Source of the DNA: an uncultured bacterium
GTDB taxonomy: Bacteria > Zixibacteria > MSB-5A5 > CAIYYT01
Reading direction: 5' to 3'
Assembly: GCA_963726455.1 (NCBI GenBank)
Contig: CAVSCK010000005.1
Span: forward strand, 288,001-352,000
DNA: 64,000 bases
The position numbers and the translations under genes were made by a program. The first letter of the stretch is position 1. Each line of letters begins with the position of its first letter. Shown piece after piece: positions 38,735 to 49,434 of the stretch. Below the pieces are notes generated by a model. That model did not search any database and was not told the origin of the DNA. It worked only from the letters and a program-made list of their open reading frames with translations.

Positions 38735-41700
38735 TTAGAATTCTGCGCCTAAGCTGAAATAGTGGTGCGGCCCGGTCGTTCTTGTAAGGTCCCAGCCCCA
38801 ACCAAGATCGTAGCGCAGCAGGAACAGACCCAGGTTCACGCGCGCGCCAAGGCCAAACCCGCTCTTAATGCCGAGCAGGTGGGTGTGGCCACCTTCTGAA
38901 GTTGCGCCTTTAAATGCAGTATTCTCGCTCCAGGCAGCGCCGGCGTCGTAGAAAACTGCGCCCGTGAGTTGCTGCAACGTCAGTGGCAGCGGGAAACCGA
39001 GCGCCAGATACTCGATAAACGGGTAACGGAACTCAAGATTCACAACACTGTACTTGGAACCCTGGAATTGGAAATAATCGTATCCGCGTAACGGGGTGAT
39101 GATCTTGGAAAAGTAGAAACCCTGCACGGTGTAGACGTCGTTATTTGTCTCAGTCGAGCCGATGTAATTGGTCGTTCCACCCAGATAATATGTCTTCCTG
39201 TTGGAGCCGAACGACGCGCCCGCGGCCGCACGGAAGGCGACCGAGTAAAGCCCTCCGATGTGCCAGTACTTGCGATAGTCCCCTTCCATAGCCCAGTAAT
39301 CACGAGACCTGCCGCCGATCGGTATGGTTCTCTCCAGCGTCAGCTTCCAGCGATTTCCGTTGAGAGGTCCCGTCGGCCCCCACAGCACGGTGTCGTCGAT
39401 CAGCGATAGGGCGCCAGTGGTAGCATCGTCACTGGAGTTGTCATACGGCGGATCGTAATAAGTGCGATCAATATATACCTGCGAGAAATCCAACTGCAGC
39501 CGTTTGTACATACTGAATGGATAGGATGTCGTCGCCAGCGCGCCGTACGTCCGATCCGAGAAAAGCCGGTTAGTCGGGTCAATGAAGTAGTTCTTGTTAT
39601 GGAAAATGCCGAAACCGAAATCAGTCCGGTAAGTGTTGTTCAAATAGATTAACTGCAAGTTCGACTGGCTCAGCGAATTTACCAGATCGGTGGAGATGAA
39701 GAACTGATGATTACCGAGGAAATCGCTGACCACCACGAATGACTGCCCCCGCAAACCGTAGAACGGATCGTAAGAAAGCCCGCCGGAGATGTAGTCGGGA
39801 GAGAACTTCGCTTTATACTTCTTGATCTTGAATTCACCGGTCGGGAGTTTGCGATAGAGCGTGTCACGCCCGTCTTCCTCGCGTTCGAGCGCCGAATACT
39901 TGAGCGTGTCAGGGGATTCCAGCGGACCGTGAGAATGCTCACCCGGTGGCGGTGTAAACACGTAGTCTGGATATTCTTCCTTCGGCTCCGGAAATTCCTT
40001 CTTCTCCTTATCGTTCAACGTCGAATCGGAAGAGTCGGCAGGCGTATCCATCTTGACAAATTCCGCGACCATTTCACCGGCGGCAAACTTCGTCTTGACC
40101 AGCGGCGCACCATCTTTGGTAACCGGCTTGATTTCCTTCATCAGGTAAATGTCGAATCCGCCCTTGAAGAACGCGGAGAACGCAATCTGATCACCGCTCG
40201 GCGACCATGACGGCGAACTCACGCCCGACAGGACATTGGTGACCGCAAACGGTACCGAGCCGTTGTTCAATTCCTTGACGTACAGGTTGTCAATGCCGTT
40301 CGTGTTGGCGACAAAGCAAATCTTGTCGGCCTTCGGTGACCACGTCGGATAGCGGCAAATGTCACCCTGCCGAGTGACAGTGTCGATAACGCCACTGGCG
40401 ATATCCATGACAAATATATTGTAGGTGCCATACCTGTAATGTCCCGCTTGCTCCGCCGATGAGGGGCGGTCAGACGAGAACGCAATTTTCGAACCATCGG
40501 GAGAGTAGCTGGCATCCTTGTCATCATAAAGATCGTCCGTCAATTGTCTCAGTTCCTTGGTCTTGGGATTGACGGTAAAAATATCACTCTGGCCATTTCT
40601 CACTGCCGAGAAGGCGATGTCCCCGTTCTTACCCCAACTGGGTGACTGGATGACGCCGAAACCCTCGCGTATCCGGTCGGAAATTCTCTTATGCTTGACG
40701 TCGTAAATCATCAGCGCGTCTTTGCCTTCAGATTTGGCGACGAATACCAAATCCTTGCCGTCCGGAGACCAACTCATGCCGGATACATAGGAATGCAACG
40801 ACTCCAAATCGCCGGAGCGCTCACCCTTGACCAGTCGTTCGAGAATCTTGCCGTCGATGGCGCTGACCAGATAAATTTCCGTGTAATCCTTCCGATCGGA
40901 GAAGATCGCAATCTTGTCGCCTTGTGGCGAGAAGACCGGCTTTTCGTTGAAGTTGGAATGATCCTTTTCGTGGTTGGTCAGTTGCTTGCCGATATCGGCC
41001 GGTTCCGAACGAATGGCAATCTCCGGCCAGTAGACCTTCTTCAAATACTTCGTGAATTTTTCAAAGAATTCGTCTTCGTTCAGCCCGATCGCGCCCTTCA
41101 TTGCGCGGGACATGGACAGAGTGCGCTTGCCGCGATTGATCAAATCGGGAATTCGTTCTGGGCCGTAGGCCTCGGAGAGATACTTGAGCGCCGCCTGTCC
41201 TTCTTTGTAGGCGAGGAAGCCGCCAACGTATTCCAGCGGCTGCAAATAGCCGTGAATTGTTGCGTCTCGCACAACCATGTCGGCGAAATAATCCCAGCCG
41301 AAGCGGGACGAGTATTCCGCATATCCCTCGGCGAACCAGAGCGGCAGGCGAAAGAGATATTGGCGCGAAGCCAGCGAGCCAAAGAAGCTGCCGTAAATCA
41401 TGTCGTAGGTCACGGCGTGCGTCAGCTCGTGATGCAGCACGTGCCGGAAATCTTCGTAGGAACCGTCGTAGGGAACGACAATTCGGTTCTTGAATGATTC
41501 CGTAAAACCGCCGACTGCTTCCGGCAGAAGATCGGGCACCACGTTGGTCTGTTGAAATTCGTTCGGCGAATTGTAGATCAATACCGGCACCCGGGTGCGC
41601 AATTTGTAGTCGAGTTGCTTGGAGATATAGACGTACGCCGACTCCATCTCCGCAATCGCATATTTCGCTAAATCATATTCGCCGTCGTAGTAGTAGACGT

Positions 41701-41857
41701 CAAAGTTCGGAGACTGGATGTAGTCCCAGGCAAAGCGCTTGTATTGCACCTTGTTCTTGCCGAAAGACTCATCCTGCGCATAACTCGAGGCAGCCAGCGT
41801 CAGCAGCGCAGTGGCGAGAAATATCAGGGTTGTTCGATTCATGTACTTTATACCCAT
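38735..41857 (-). CDS. Omp85/BamA-family barrel fused to an N-terminal gluzincin peptidase and a PD40/TolB-like propeller
   Basis: FGKNKVQY; HHELTHA...PLWFAEGYAEY; repeated (W/F)SPDG/WSPSG; barrel lid LRGYDY; NLEFRYP; C-terminal FSLGAEF. Confidence 0.82.
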   Translation of the reverse strand: MGIKYMNRTTLIFLATALLTLAASSYAQDESFGKNKVQYKRFAWDYIQSPNFDVYYYDGEYDLAKYAIAEMESAYVYISKQLDYKLRTRVPVLIYNSPNEFQQTNVVPDLLPEAVGGFTESFKNRIVVPYDGSYEDFRHVLHHELTHAVTYDMIYGSFFGSLASRQYLFRLPLWFAEGYAEYSSRFGWDYFADMVVRDATIHGYLQPLEYVGGFLAYKEGQAALKYLSEAYGPERIPDLINRGKRTLSMSRAMKGAIGLNEDEFFEKFTKYLKKVYWPEIAIRSEPADIGKQLTNHEKDHSNFNEKPVFSPQGDKIAIFSDRKDYTEIYLVSAIDGKILERLVKGERSGDLESLHSYVSGMSWSPDGKDLVFVAKSEGKDALMIYDVKHKRISDRIREGFGVIQSPSWGKNGDIAFSAVRNGQSDIFTVNPKTKELRQLTDDLYDDKDASYSPDGSKIAFSSDRPSSAEQAGHYRYGTYNIFVMDIASGVIDTVTRQGDICRYPTWSPKADKICFVANTNGIDNLYVKELNNGSVPFAVTNVLSGVSSPSWSPSGDQIAFSAFFKGGFDIYLMKEIKPVTKDGAPLVKTKFAAGEMVAEFVKMDTPADSSDSTLNDKEKKEFPEPKEEYPDYVFTPPPGEHSHGPLESPDTLKYSALEREEDGRDTLYRKLPTGEFKIKKYKAKFSPDYISGGLSYDPFYGLRGQSFVVVSDFLGNHQFFISTDLVNSLSQSNLQLIYLNNTYRTDFGFGIFHNKNYFIDPTNRLFSDRTYGALATTSYPFSMYKRLQLDFSQVYIDRTYYDPPYDNSSDDATTGALSLIDDTVLWGPTGPLNGNRWKLTLERTIPIGGRSRDYWAMEGDYRKYWHIGGLYSVAFRAAAGASFGSNRKTYYLGGTTNYIGSTETNNDVYTVQGFYFSKIITPLRGYDYFQFQGSKYSVVNLEFRYPFIEYLALGFPLPLTLQQLTGAVFYDAGAAWSENTAFKGATSEGGHTHLLGIKSGFGLGARVNLGLFLLRYDLGWGWDLTRTTGPHHYFSLGAEF

Positions 41858-41868
41858 AAGGGGACGGT

Positions 41869-43128
41869 TTATTCCGGAACTTTCGCGATCGCTGCGCCGA
41901 CGGACTGAAGCTTCTTCTCCAAATCATCGTAGCCGCGCTCTATATGATATATTCGTCTGACTTCGCTAGTACCTGAAGCCGCCAAACAGGCGGTGACCAA
42001 TCCCGCGCCGGCACGGATGTCAGATGCCATTACCGTTGCGCCGGTCAGTGCCGGTGTTCCCTCAATGGTGGCAACATCGCCGTTGATCGTGATCTTGGCG
42101 CCCAGTCGAATCAATTCCATGCAATAGCTGAAACGGTCGTCGAAAACAGTCTCACGCAGATGGGAGATTCCCTCGGCGCGCGTCGCCAGCGCCACGAAAC
42201 AGGGTTGCAGGTCAGTCGGAAACCCGGGAAAAGGATAGGTAACGAAATCTGTTGCTTTTAGCTTGCCGTCGGAGGCCACCGTTATCGAGTTGGCGCTCGA
42301 CGAAATTTCGCAACCCATTTCGCGCAACTTGAGCAGCACGACTTCCAGGTCGGTGGCAATACCGTCCTCTACCTCCAACCGTCCACCGGTGCCCGCCGCC
42401 ATACAAAGCAGAGTGCCGACTTCCAGACGATCGGCCATCGGACGATACGAAATTGGCTTGAGCTTTTTCACACCATGAATGGTCATGTCGGTTGTGCCAG
42501 CTCCGGAGATATCGGCCCCCATCTGGTTCAGGAAATTGGCCAGGTCAACAACTTCGGGATCGCAGGCAGCATTGACGATGCGGGTGAGTCCCGATGACAG
42601 TGCCGCGCCGATCATGAGGTTCTCGGTACCGGTATGAGATGGACGATCGAAGTAGACCATGCCGCCCTTGACCGAGCCGTGCGCGAGAACGTAACCGGCT
42701 TCTTCATGGATGTCGACACCCAGTTGCGCAAAGCCCTTCAAGTGCAAATTGACCGGCCGCTGCCCCAGTGAACAGCCACCCGGCAACGATACACGCGCAC
42801 GCTGCAAGCGGGCGATCAGCGCGCCCAGCACCAAAAACGAGGCGCGCATCTTGCGAACCAGATCATACGGTGCTTCGTCTTTGTCGATATTGCTGGCGTC
42901 GATTTTCACCAGTTGCGCCTGCTTATCCCAATCGACTTTGGCGCCAAGCTCGCGCAATACCTGCAGCATGATATCAATGTCACGGAGATTGGGGATTCCC
43001 GACAACGTTGTGGTACCGGAATCGGCCAGCAATGCCGCCGCCAGAATCGGCAGGGTCGCGTTCTTGGAACGCATGGCTTTCACCTTGCCGGAGAGTGTCT
43101 TACCCCCTTCAATCACGAATTTGTCCAT
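41869..43128 (-). CDS. murA: UDP-N-acetylglucosamine 1-carboxyvinyltransferase
   Basis: SKNATLP, MRAS, LPGGCSLGQRP, PGFPTDLQ, DIRAGA, IERGY. Confidence 0.96.
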   Translation of the reverse strand: MDKFVIEGGKTLSGKVKAMRSKNATLPILAAALLADSGTTTLSGIPNLRDIDIMLQVLRELGAKVDWDKQAQLVKIDASNIDKDEAPYDLVRKMRASFLVLGALIARLQRARVSLPGGCSLGQRPVNLHLKGFAQLGVDIHEEAGYVLAHGSVKGGMVYFDRPSHTGTENLMIGAALSSGLTRIVNAACDPEVVDLANFLNQMGADISGAGTTDMTIHGVKKLKPISYRPMADRLEVGTLLCMAAGTGGRLEVEDGIATDLEVVLLKLREMGCEISSSANSITVASDGKLKATDFVTYPFPGFPTDLQPCFVALATRAEGISHLRETVFDDRFSYCMELIRLGAKITINGDVATIEGTPALTGATVMASDIRAGAGLVTACLAASGTSEVRRIYHIERGYDDLEKKLQSVGAAIAKVPE

Positions 43129-43405
43129 ATGTTTCTTGTTACCCTATTTCGCCTGAGGCCCAGTTCCACATAATTCTTAACGTCCAACGCTATGTTTCGG
43201 TGCAATTTAATCTGATAAACGGATTAGACAATAATGGTTTATCGATTTCCACGCACGTCGATGCAAATGGCTCGGCAACAGTGTCTTCAGCCGTCACCGT
43301 AATCCGCGCCTATTCCGACTGATTTAACGTTGTCAGCGGGAATATAGTTGCAGGCCGCCTGTATTGAGGTCAAAGACAAGATCAACCTCAAGACAGGAGG
43401 ACATT

Positions 43406-45471
43406 ATGAATCGCACATTCTGGGCAGGACTCACCCTGATACTGGTGGCATTGGCCCTGTTGAGCTGCAATTTCGGAGGCAATTCCAACAGCGGTGCCAT
43501 CGGCCAAAGTGCGGCCTCAGCCGGCACGCTCGGCTCGATCAGTGGCACCGTGACCGACAGCAAGACCGGCCAGCCGCTGCCAGGCGTAGCGGTACAGGTT
43601 GTGAGCACGACTTACGGCGCTATCACAGATCCGACTGGGAAGTACCACATCCAGAATCTGGCTCCCGGTAGTTACACTGTAAGGGCTACAATGATTGGTT
43701 ATGCCTTCAAAACCGTCACCGCCGTGACGGTGACCGCCGGCAACAACACCACACAGGACTTCCAGCTTGACCAGAAATTCGTTGAAATGCAGTACCAGAT
43801 TGTAACACAGGATCGCGGTTTTTACACACCTCAATCCAGCCCACCTTCCCACGAAGTTAAATCGGCGTTGGATGTCCCCGCGATACAGGAAATCGGAACT
43901 GGCCCCGCCAAGACATCGTCTCCGTCCGAACAAAAATGTCAAATCGGCCTACCCCCGACATCATCCGAGCCGGTTCGCACGCCAAGGGCTTTACTTAAGT
44001 GTATTATGCCTACTCAGTACGGAAATCCTCCAATGGCAAACGGCGGATCGGTTCCGCCCAACGGACAGGCCTATGACGCCATGTTCTTCAAACATTATGG
44101 CGTCAACCCGTTCATCCCGACTGAAGACGACCATCTGTCAACTTTCGCGATCGACGCCGACAATGCCTCCTACACAATGACCCGGTCGTACCTGACGCGC
44201 GGCGAGATTCCGCCGGAAGAAGCCGTTCGCGTCGAGGAATTCGTGAACAATTTCAAGTATCAGTTACAGTCTCCCTCGCGAACGCGCGTTCCGCGTCAAT
44301 CTGGAAGCGGCGCCGTCCAGGTTCGGTGAGCATTATCAGCTTCTCAAAATCGGAATCGCCGGCAGGAAGATCGAGGCGAACCGGCGCCAGGACGCCAACC
44401 TCGTATTCGTTGTCGATGTCTCCGGTTCGATGCAGCGTGAAGATCGTCTCGGCGCCGTGAAACAGGCGCTGCGGTTGCTGCTCGACAATCTCAACTGATC
44501 GCGACCGCGTCGGTATCGTCGCCTACCGGACAGATGCTTTCACCGTTCTGGAACCGACCTCGGCGCGCTACCGCGAGCACATAATGAACGCCATCGAGCA
44601 GCTCTACGCCTCTGGCTCGACGTACGCCGAGGGCGGGTTGCGATTGGGCTACCAGATGGCCGATCGCTGCTTTGACCGGAACCGAATTAATCGGCTTATT
44701 CTGTGCACGGACGGCGTTGCCAATGAAGGGCAAACTTCCGCTGAAGCTATTCTCAAAGAAACCAAGAGATACGCCGACAAGGGCATCACGCTTTCGGCGA
44801 TCGGTTTCGGGATGGGCAACTATAACGACGTGTTGCTGGAACAGTTGGCCGACAAGGGCAACGGGAATTATGCGTACGTCGACAACTGGAGTGAAGCGAA
44901 GCGTGTGTTTGAAGAAAATCTTACCGGCACGCTGCAGGTGATTGCCCGCGATGTCAAGATCCAGGTCGATTTCAATCCTGCAGCGGTCGAACGTTATCGC
45001 CTGCTGGGCTATGAAAACCGCGACGTTGCTGACAACAAGTTCCGCGATGACAAAGAAGACGGCGGCGAAATCGGCTCCGGACATACCGTGACCGCGCTGT
45101 ACGAAGTCCGGCTGAAAGACGAAGCGCACGGCGATCTTGGTACTGTCTTTGTGCGCTACAAAGATCCGGTCACTTTCGCGGTGAGTGAAGTCGCCGAACC
45201 GATTGACCGCTCAGTTCTCAGGTACTCATTCGAGTCGGCTTCTTCCGATTTCAAGTTGGCGGCCGCCGCCGCGGAGTTCGCCGAAATCATGCGCAAGAGC
45301 TACTGGGCCAAAGACGGTCACCTGCGCGACGTGTTGCAGGTAGCGCAGCAGGTCGAGCGCGAAACCGGCAGTGAGCAGGCAAGCGAACTGGTGGATCTGA
45401 TCACCAAGGCCAACCGGCTTATGAAAGACACCGGCGCCGAACCTGAACCGTTTGGAATGGGCGGGGAGTAA
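43406..45471 (+). CDS. vWA lipoprotein (carboxypeptidase-regulatory-like + vWF_A + vWA + DUF3520; YfbK-like), two frameshifts at ~44264 and ~44493
   Basis: Lipobox LALLSC; ISGTVTDSKTGQPLPG; STFAIDADNASY; the intermediate frame reads NLVFVVDVSGSM; TDGVANEG; YRLLGYENR; GEIGSGHTVTALYE. Confidence 0.82.
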
Positions 45472-45496
45472 GAGAGGGGGACAACCTTCCAACCGC

Positions 45497-45526
45497 AAGG
45501 GCGCCTGATGTTCAGGCGCCCTTTGC
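45497..45526 (+). terminator. Intrinsic terminator
   Basis: AAGGGCGCCTGA-tgt-TCAGGCGCCCTTT. Confidence 0.55.
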
Positions 45527-45574
45527 ATTGCTGCCCATCCTCAAGGATCGCCCAAGCATGTCGATGAATCTAAT

Positions 45575-47005
45575 ATGGCATCGCCCTCCCCAAACCTGCG
45601 GACTGGACTCCTATCCCAGGCGTCTTCTCTATTGGAACAAGGCCGTCATCGCGAGGCCGCCGCCATCTTCGAACAGGTGCTTCGTTTTGAACCGCAGAAC
45701 GCCGAGGCCTGGCGGGGTCTTGGCGAATCACAGTATGCCGAAAACAACAAGCCCGCAGCCGCTCGTGCCTTCGAAAGAGCCCACCAATTGGCGCCGGACG
45801 ATGCCCGCAATTTGAACGATATCGGCGTGATGATGTTCGATGAAGAGCAGTATGAAGGCGCTCTCAGTTGGCTGTGCGGCGCCATCACCAGTGACTCCGA
45901 GTACTGCGATGCTCGGCTCAATCTCTGTTCAGTGCTCGGGCGAGTCACGCTGCAGGATCAGACGACTTCGCTCAAGCCGGCACTATTAATCAGAACCCTG
46001 CGTTGGATATCCGAGAACGCTGCTGACGAACGGCGCTCCGAATTGGTACGCGAGAGTCAACGATTGCGTGAGTCATTACTTGGCGAATTTCGCAACCGCT
46101 ATCAACACAGCAATCAACGAATCCTGCTCTATTCGCCGACCGTTGCAATGGGCGCGCTCTATTACATATTCGAGAGTTGGCAGCAGTGCCTCGAACACAT
46201 GGGAATACCCGCACTCTCGGTCGGAGTCGGCGCGGACTTCACTTCAGCTCTCTCAGAGTGTAAACCGACGGCAATTATCTCAGTCGATAACGAAGCAATC
46301 TGGGGCGACTTGGACGGGTCTGACCGCGATGCCGCGGCGAGTTCCGGCGCGCGCATTGGACTGGTCAGCGAATTTGACAACGACGTCCAGGACGCGGATT
46401 TCTGCATTACGTTCCATCTGCATCCGGAACGTGACGACAAAATCGCTCGCCAGAATAAGCGCGTCATCTCCTTGCCGTTCGCCTTCAATCCACTGATTCA
46501 TCGTGCCTATCCCGCGCGCACGATCTGGGATTATGCTTTTGTCGGCACCAACAGCCCGCTCAAGTGGCAGGAGACGAGCGATTATCTGATTCCGATTGTC
46601 TGCGCACACCCCGGAATTCTCGCAGGCACCGGCTGGCCGGGCAAGTTCGGCAATCTCACGCAGGAAGAATCTGGTCTGCTTTACAACTTCGCCGCCATCT
46701 GCCCGAACTTCCATCTTAAGGCGCAAATCGAAACCGGCAACGAAGTCAACGAACGAACGCACGTCTTGGCCGCTTGTGGCGCCTTCCAGCTTGTCGACAA
46801 TCCGTCCGCCTTGCGCGAAATGTATGGCGAAGACGAAATCGCTAGCGCCTCTTCTCCCGCTGAATACCAGAGACTATTCGAATACTACCTGAATCAACCC
46901 GAGCTGCGCGCCAAGATGGCCTTGAGCGCCATGCACAAAGCGTGGTCGGCACACTCGCAGTTCCATCGGTTGGCGAATTTGATCGAATTTCTGCGGGCGA
47001 AGTAG
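45575..47005 (+). CDS. TPR protein with C-terminal glycosyltransferase domain (CgeB/Glyco_trans_1_2-like)
   Basis: N-terminal TPRs; LPFAFNP..H, DYAFVGT, G.GW, NERT..LAACG.FQL.D. Confidence 0.72.
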   Translation: MASPSPNLRTGLLSQASSLLEQGRHREAAAIFEQVLRFEPQNAEAWRGLGESQYAENNKPAAARAFERAHQLAPDDARNLNDIGVMMFDEEQYEGALSWLCGAITSDSEYCDARLNLCSVLGRVTLQDQTTSLKPALLIRTLRWISENAADERRSELVRESQRLRESLLGEFRNRYQHSNQRILLYSPTVAMGALYYIFESWQQCLEHMGIPALSVGVGADFTSALSECKPTAIISVDNEAIWGDLDGSDRDAAASSGARIGLVSEFDNDVQDADFCITFHLHPERDDKIARQNKRVISLPFAFNPLIHRAYPARTIWDYAFVGTNSPLKWQETSDYLIPIVCAHPGILAGTGWPGKFGNLTQEESGLLYNFAAICPNFHLKAQIETGNEVNERTHVLAACGAFQLVDNPSALREMYGEDEIASASSPAEYQRLFEYYLNQPELRAKMALSAMHKAWSAHSQFHRLANLIEFLRAK

Positions 47006-47039
47006 TTAGATATCCCGCGAATTTGCTAAGTCACTCAGC

Positions 47040-47065
47040 GCGGTCAGGATTCCCATCCTGACCGC
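47040..47065. terminator. Hairpin between convergent genes (terminator or REP-like)
   Basis: GCGGTCAGGAT-tccc-ATCCTGACCGC. Confidence 0.5.
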
Positions 47066-47077
47066 ACCAAGTCGAAT

Positions 47078-48706
47078 CTATTCTTTGCCCATAAACGGAT
47101 ACTTGAAATCCGACGGCGGTACGAAATTCTCTTTGATCGCGCGCGGCGATGTCCAACGAATCATGTTGTGTAGCGCGCCCGCCTTGTCGTTGGTGCCGGA
47201 TGCTCTCGCGCCGCCAAACGGCTGCTGTCCGACCACCGCGCCGGTCGGCTTGTCGTTAATGTAGAAATTGCCCGCCGCATTCCGCAAAATTCCCTCGGCG
47301 ATCTTGACCGCATAACGATCGACGGCAAAGATCGCGCCGGTGAGCGCATACGGCGAGGTCTCATCGCACAATCTCAGCGTTTTCTCGAATTCAGAGTCCT
47401 CATAAACATAGACCGTCATCACCGGCCCAAAGATTTCTTCCTGAATGGTTTTGAATTTCGGGTTCGTGGTCTCGATCACGGTTGCGCTGATGAAATATCC
47501 CTTCGAGTCATCACAATGCCCGCCTGCGATTACCTTGGCATCGGAATTGTTCTTCGCAAATTCGATGTACTCTTTGATGCTGTCGAACGCGCTCCTGTCG
47601 ATCACGGCATTCATAAAATGCGAGAAATCGCAGGGGTCGCCCATCTTAATCTCGGATAACTGCTTGACGACGATCTCTTTGATTTTCGGCCAGAGCGATT
47701 TCGGAATATACGCTCTGGATGCCGCCGAGCACTTTTGGCCTTGATACTCAAACGCGCCGCGTGTGATTGCCGTCGCGACCTGAGCCGGCACCGCGGAATT
47801 GTGCACGAAGATGAAATCCTTGCCGCCGGTTTCCCCGACGATTCGCGGATAGGATTTATACTTGGCGATATTCGCACCGATTGTCTTCCACATGCCCTGG
47901 AACACCGCCGTCGAGCCGGTGAAGTGAATCCCCGCCAGATTCTCGTTGGCAAAAACCACGTCGCTGATTTCCGAGGATTTTCCGGTCACGAAATTGATCA
48001 CACCCGCCGGCAAACCCGCCTCCGTGAGTATCTTCATCAGGAAATGCGATGTATATAGCACACTTGAGGCCGGTTTCCACACGGCGACATTTCCCCACAT
48101 TGCCGGCGCCGTCGGAAGGTTGCCGTTGATCGAGACAAAGTTGAACGGAGTCACGGCATACACGAACCCTTCCAGCGGGCGATAATCAATGCGATTCCAG
48201 ATCGTCGGGTCAGGATTGATCGGCTGTATGTCGGCGATCACCTGCATGTAGTAGGCGTTGAATCGGAAGAAATCCACCAACTCGCAGACGGCGTCAATTT
48301 CCGCCTGGTAAGCATTTTTCGAATGCGCCAGCATCGTCGCGGCATTCATGATATATCGATATGGCCCGGCCAATAGATCGGCGGCCTTCAGAAAAATCGC
48401 GGCGCGGTGATGACGTGGCATCGACGACCAGGTCTGATGCGCGCGCATGGCTGACTCGATCGCCATCTCGGTTTCTTTCTTGCCCCCGTGATAGGCGTAG
48501 CCAAGCACCTGACTGTGGTCGTGCGGCGCGGTCATCGGAACCTTCTTGTCGGTGCGAATTTCCTTGCCGTCAATCACCAGAGGGACTTCGATCTGCTTGG
48601 ACTTCAAGTCGGCCAACGCTGCTTTAAGCTTCTCGCGTTCGGGCGATCCGGGGGCATAACTGAAGATCGGTTCATTGACCGGCTGCGCCATTCGATATGT
48701 ACCCAT
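47078..48706 (-). CDS. pruA: L-glutamate gamma-semialdehyde (P5C) dehydrogenase
   Basis: NEPIFSYAPGSPER, FTGST, GETGGKDF, YQGQKCSA, EEIFGP, YINDKPTGAVVGQQPFGGARASGTNDK. Confidence 0.93.
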   Translation of the reverse strand: MGTYRMAQPVNEPIFSYAPGSPEREKLKAALADLKSKQIEVPLVIDGKEIRTDKKVPMTAPHDHSQVLGYAYHGGKKETEMAIESAMRAHQTWSSMPRHHRAAIFLKAADLLAGPYRYIMNAATMLAHSKNAYQAEIDAVCELVDFFRFNAYYMQVIADIQPINPDPTIWNRIDYRPLEGFVYAVTPFNFVSINGNLPTAPAMWGNVAVWKPASSVLYTSHFLMKILTEAGLPAGVINFVTGKSSEISDVVFANENLAGIHFTGSTAVFQGMWKTIGANIAKYKSYPRIVGETGGKDFIFVHNSAVPAQVATAITRGAFEYQGQKCSAASRAYIPKSLWPKIKEIVVKQLSEIKMGDPCDFSHFMNAVIDRSAFDSIKEYIEFAKNNSDAKVIAGGHCDDSKGYFISATVIETTNPKFKTIQEEIFGPVMTVYVYEDSEFEKTLRLCDETSPYALTGAIFAVDRYAVKIAEGILRNAAGNFYINDKPTGAVVGQQPFGGARASGTNDKAGALHNMIRWTSPRAIKENFVPPSDFKYPFMGKE

Positions 48707-48771
48707 GTGTTACTCCGTTGTGCTATGTAATGGAAAGCCACGCCCTGTCACGGGCATGGCTCGTCGAAATC

Positions 48772-49272
48772 TCACGACTTATTCAGATTGCTCCACTCGG
48801 CATCATCCAGCCAGGTGCGCGGCTCATGCAGGAAATCGAGCACATGCTCGATCAAGTTGACATGCTTGTTCTCCTCATCGGCGATCAATCCCATCGCCTT
48901 ACTGACCTCGGGATCCTTCTCTTCCTGCTGTTTCTGGCGATAGAATTCCTCGGTCTCGATCTCGACATCCTGCGCTTTCTCCCAGGCGTCAAAAATGTCT
49001 TTGGAGAACAGGAAATCATCGTCTTGTGAGGCCAGCTCTTCAAACACGGTCTTGGCTGTGTCGAGAATCGTCGTGCCCAGGGTGGCCATCTTCGACGCTT
49101 CCTTCAACTCGCCATCCTTCATGCGACGGAAAATTTCGTAGTGCTTGGTTTCGTCCTTGGCAAGCTGCTGCCAGATTTTTTTCAAAGCCGGGATCTTCTC
49201 TTTGGCTGCGTGATCTTCGTAATATGCTTTGCCGTCCTTTTCCATCTTCATCGCAAATTCAAATACGTTCAT
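48772..49272 (-). CDS. Rubrerythrin-like ferritin-family protein (no rubredoxin domain)
   Basis: FAMKME..G..YY, DETKH, E...EEFY, EENKH di-iron pattern. Confidence 0.8.
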   Translation of the reverse strand: MNVFEFAMKMEKDGKAYYEDHAAKEKIPALKKIWQQLAKDETKHYEIFRRMKDGELKEASKMATLGTTILDTAKTVFEELASQDDDFLFSKDIFDAWEKAQDVEIETEEFYRQKQQEEKDPEVSKAMGLIADEENKHVNLIEHVLDFLHEPRTWLDDAEWSNLNKS

Positions 49273-49434
49273 GGCTGCTCCTCCGCATTAACAAGTCGTT
49301 GCGCGAATATAATGATTTGCCGGAAGGCAATCAAACGATTCCACCAGGTAGTACGCGCGCCATTGTCGCCACGCCGACATACCGGAGAACGTAGGTGCGA
49401 ATTTATTCTCAAGTCTGCGGACGCCGCCACAGAC

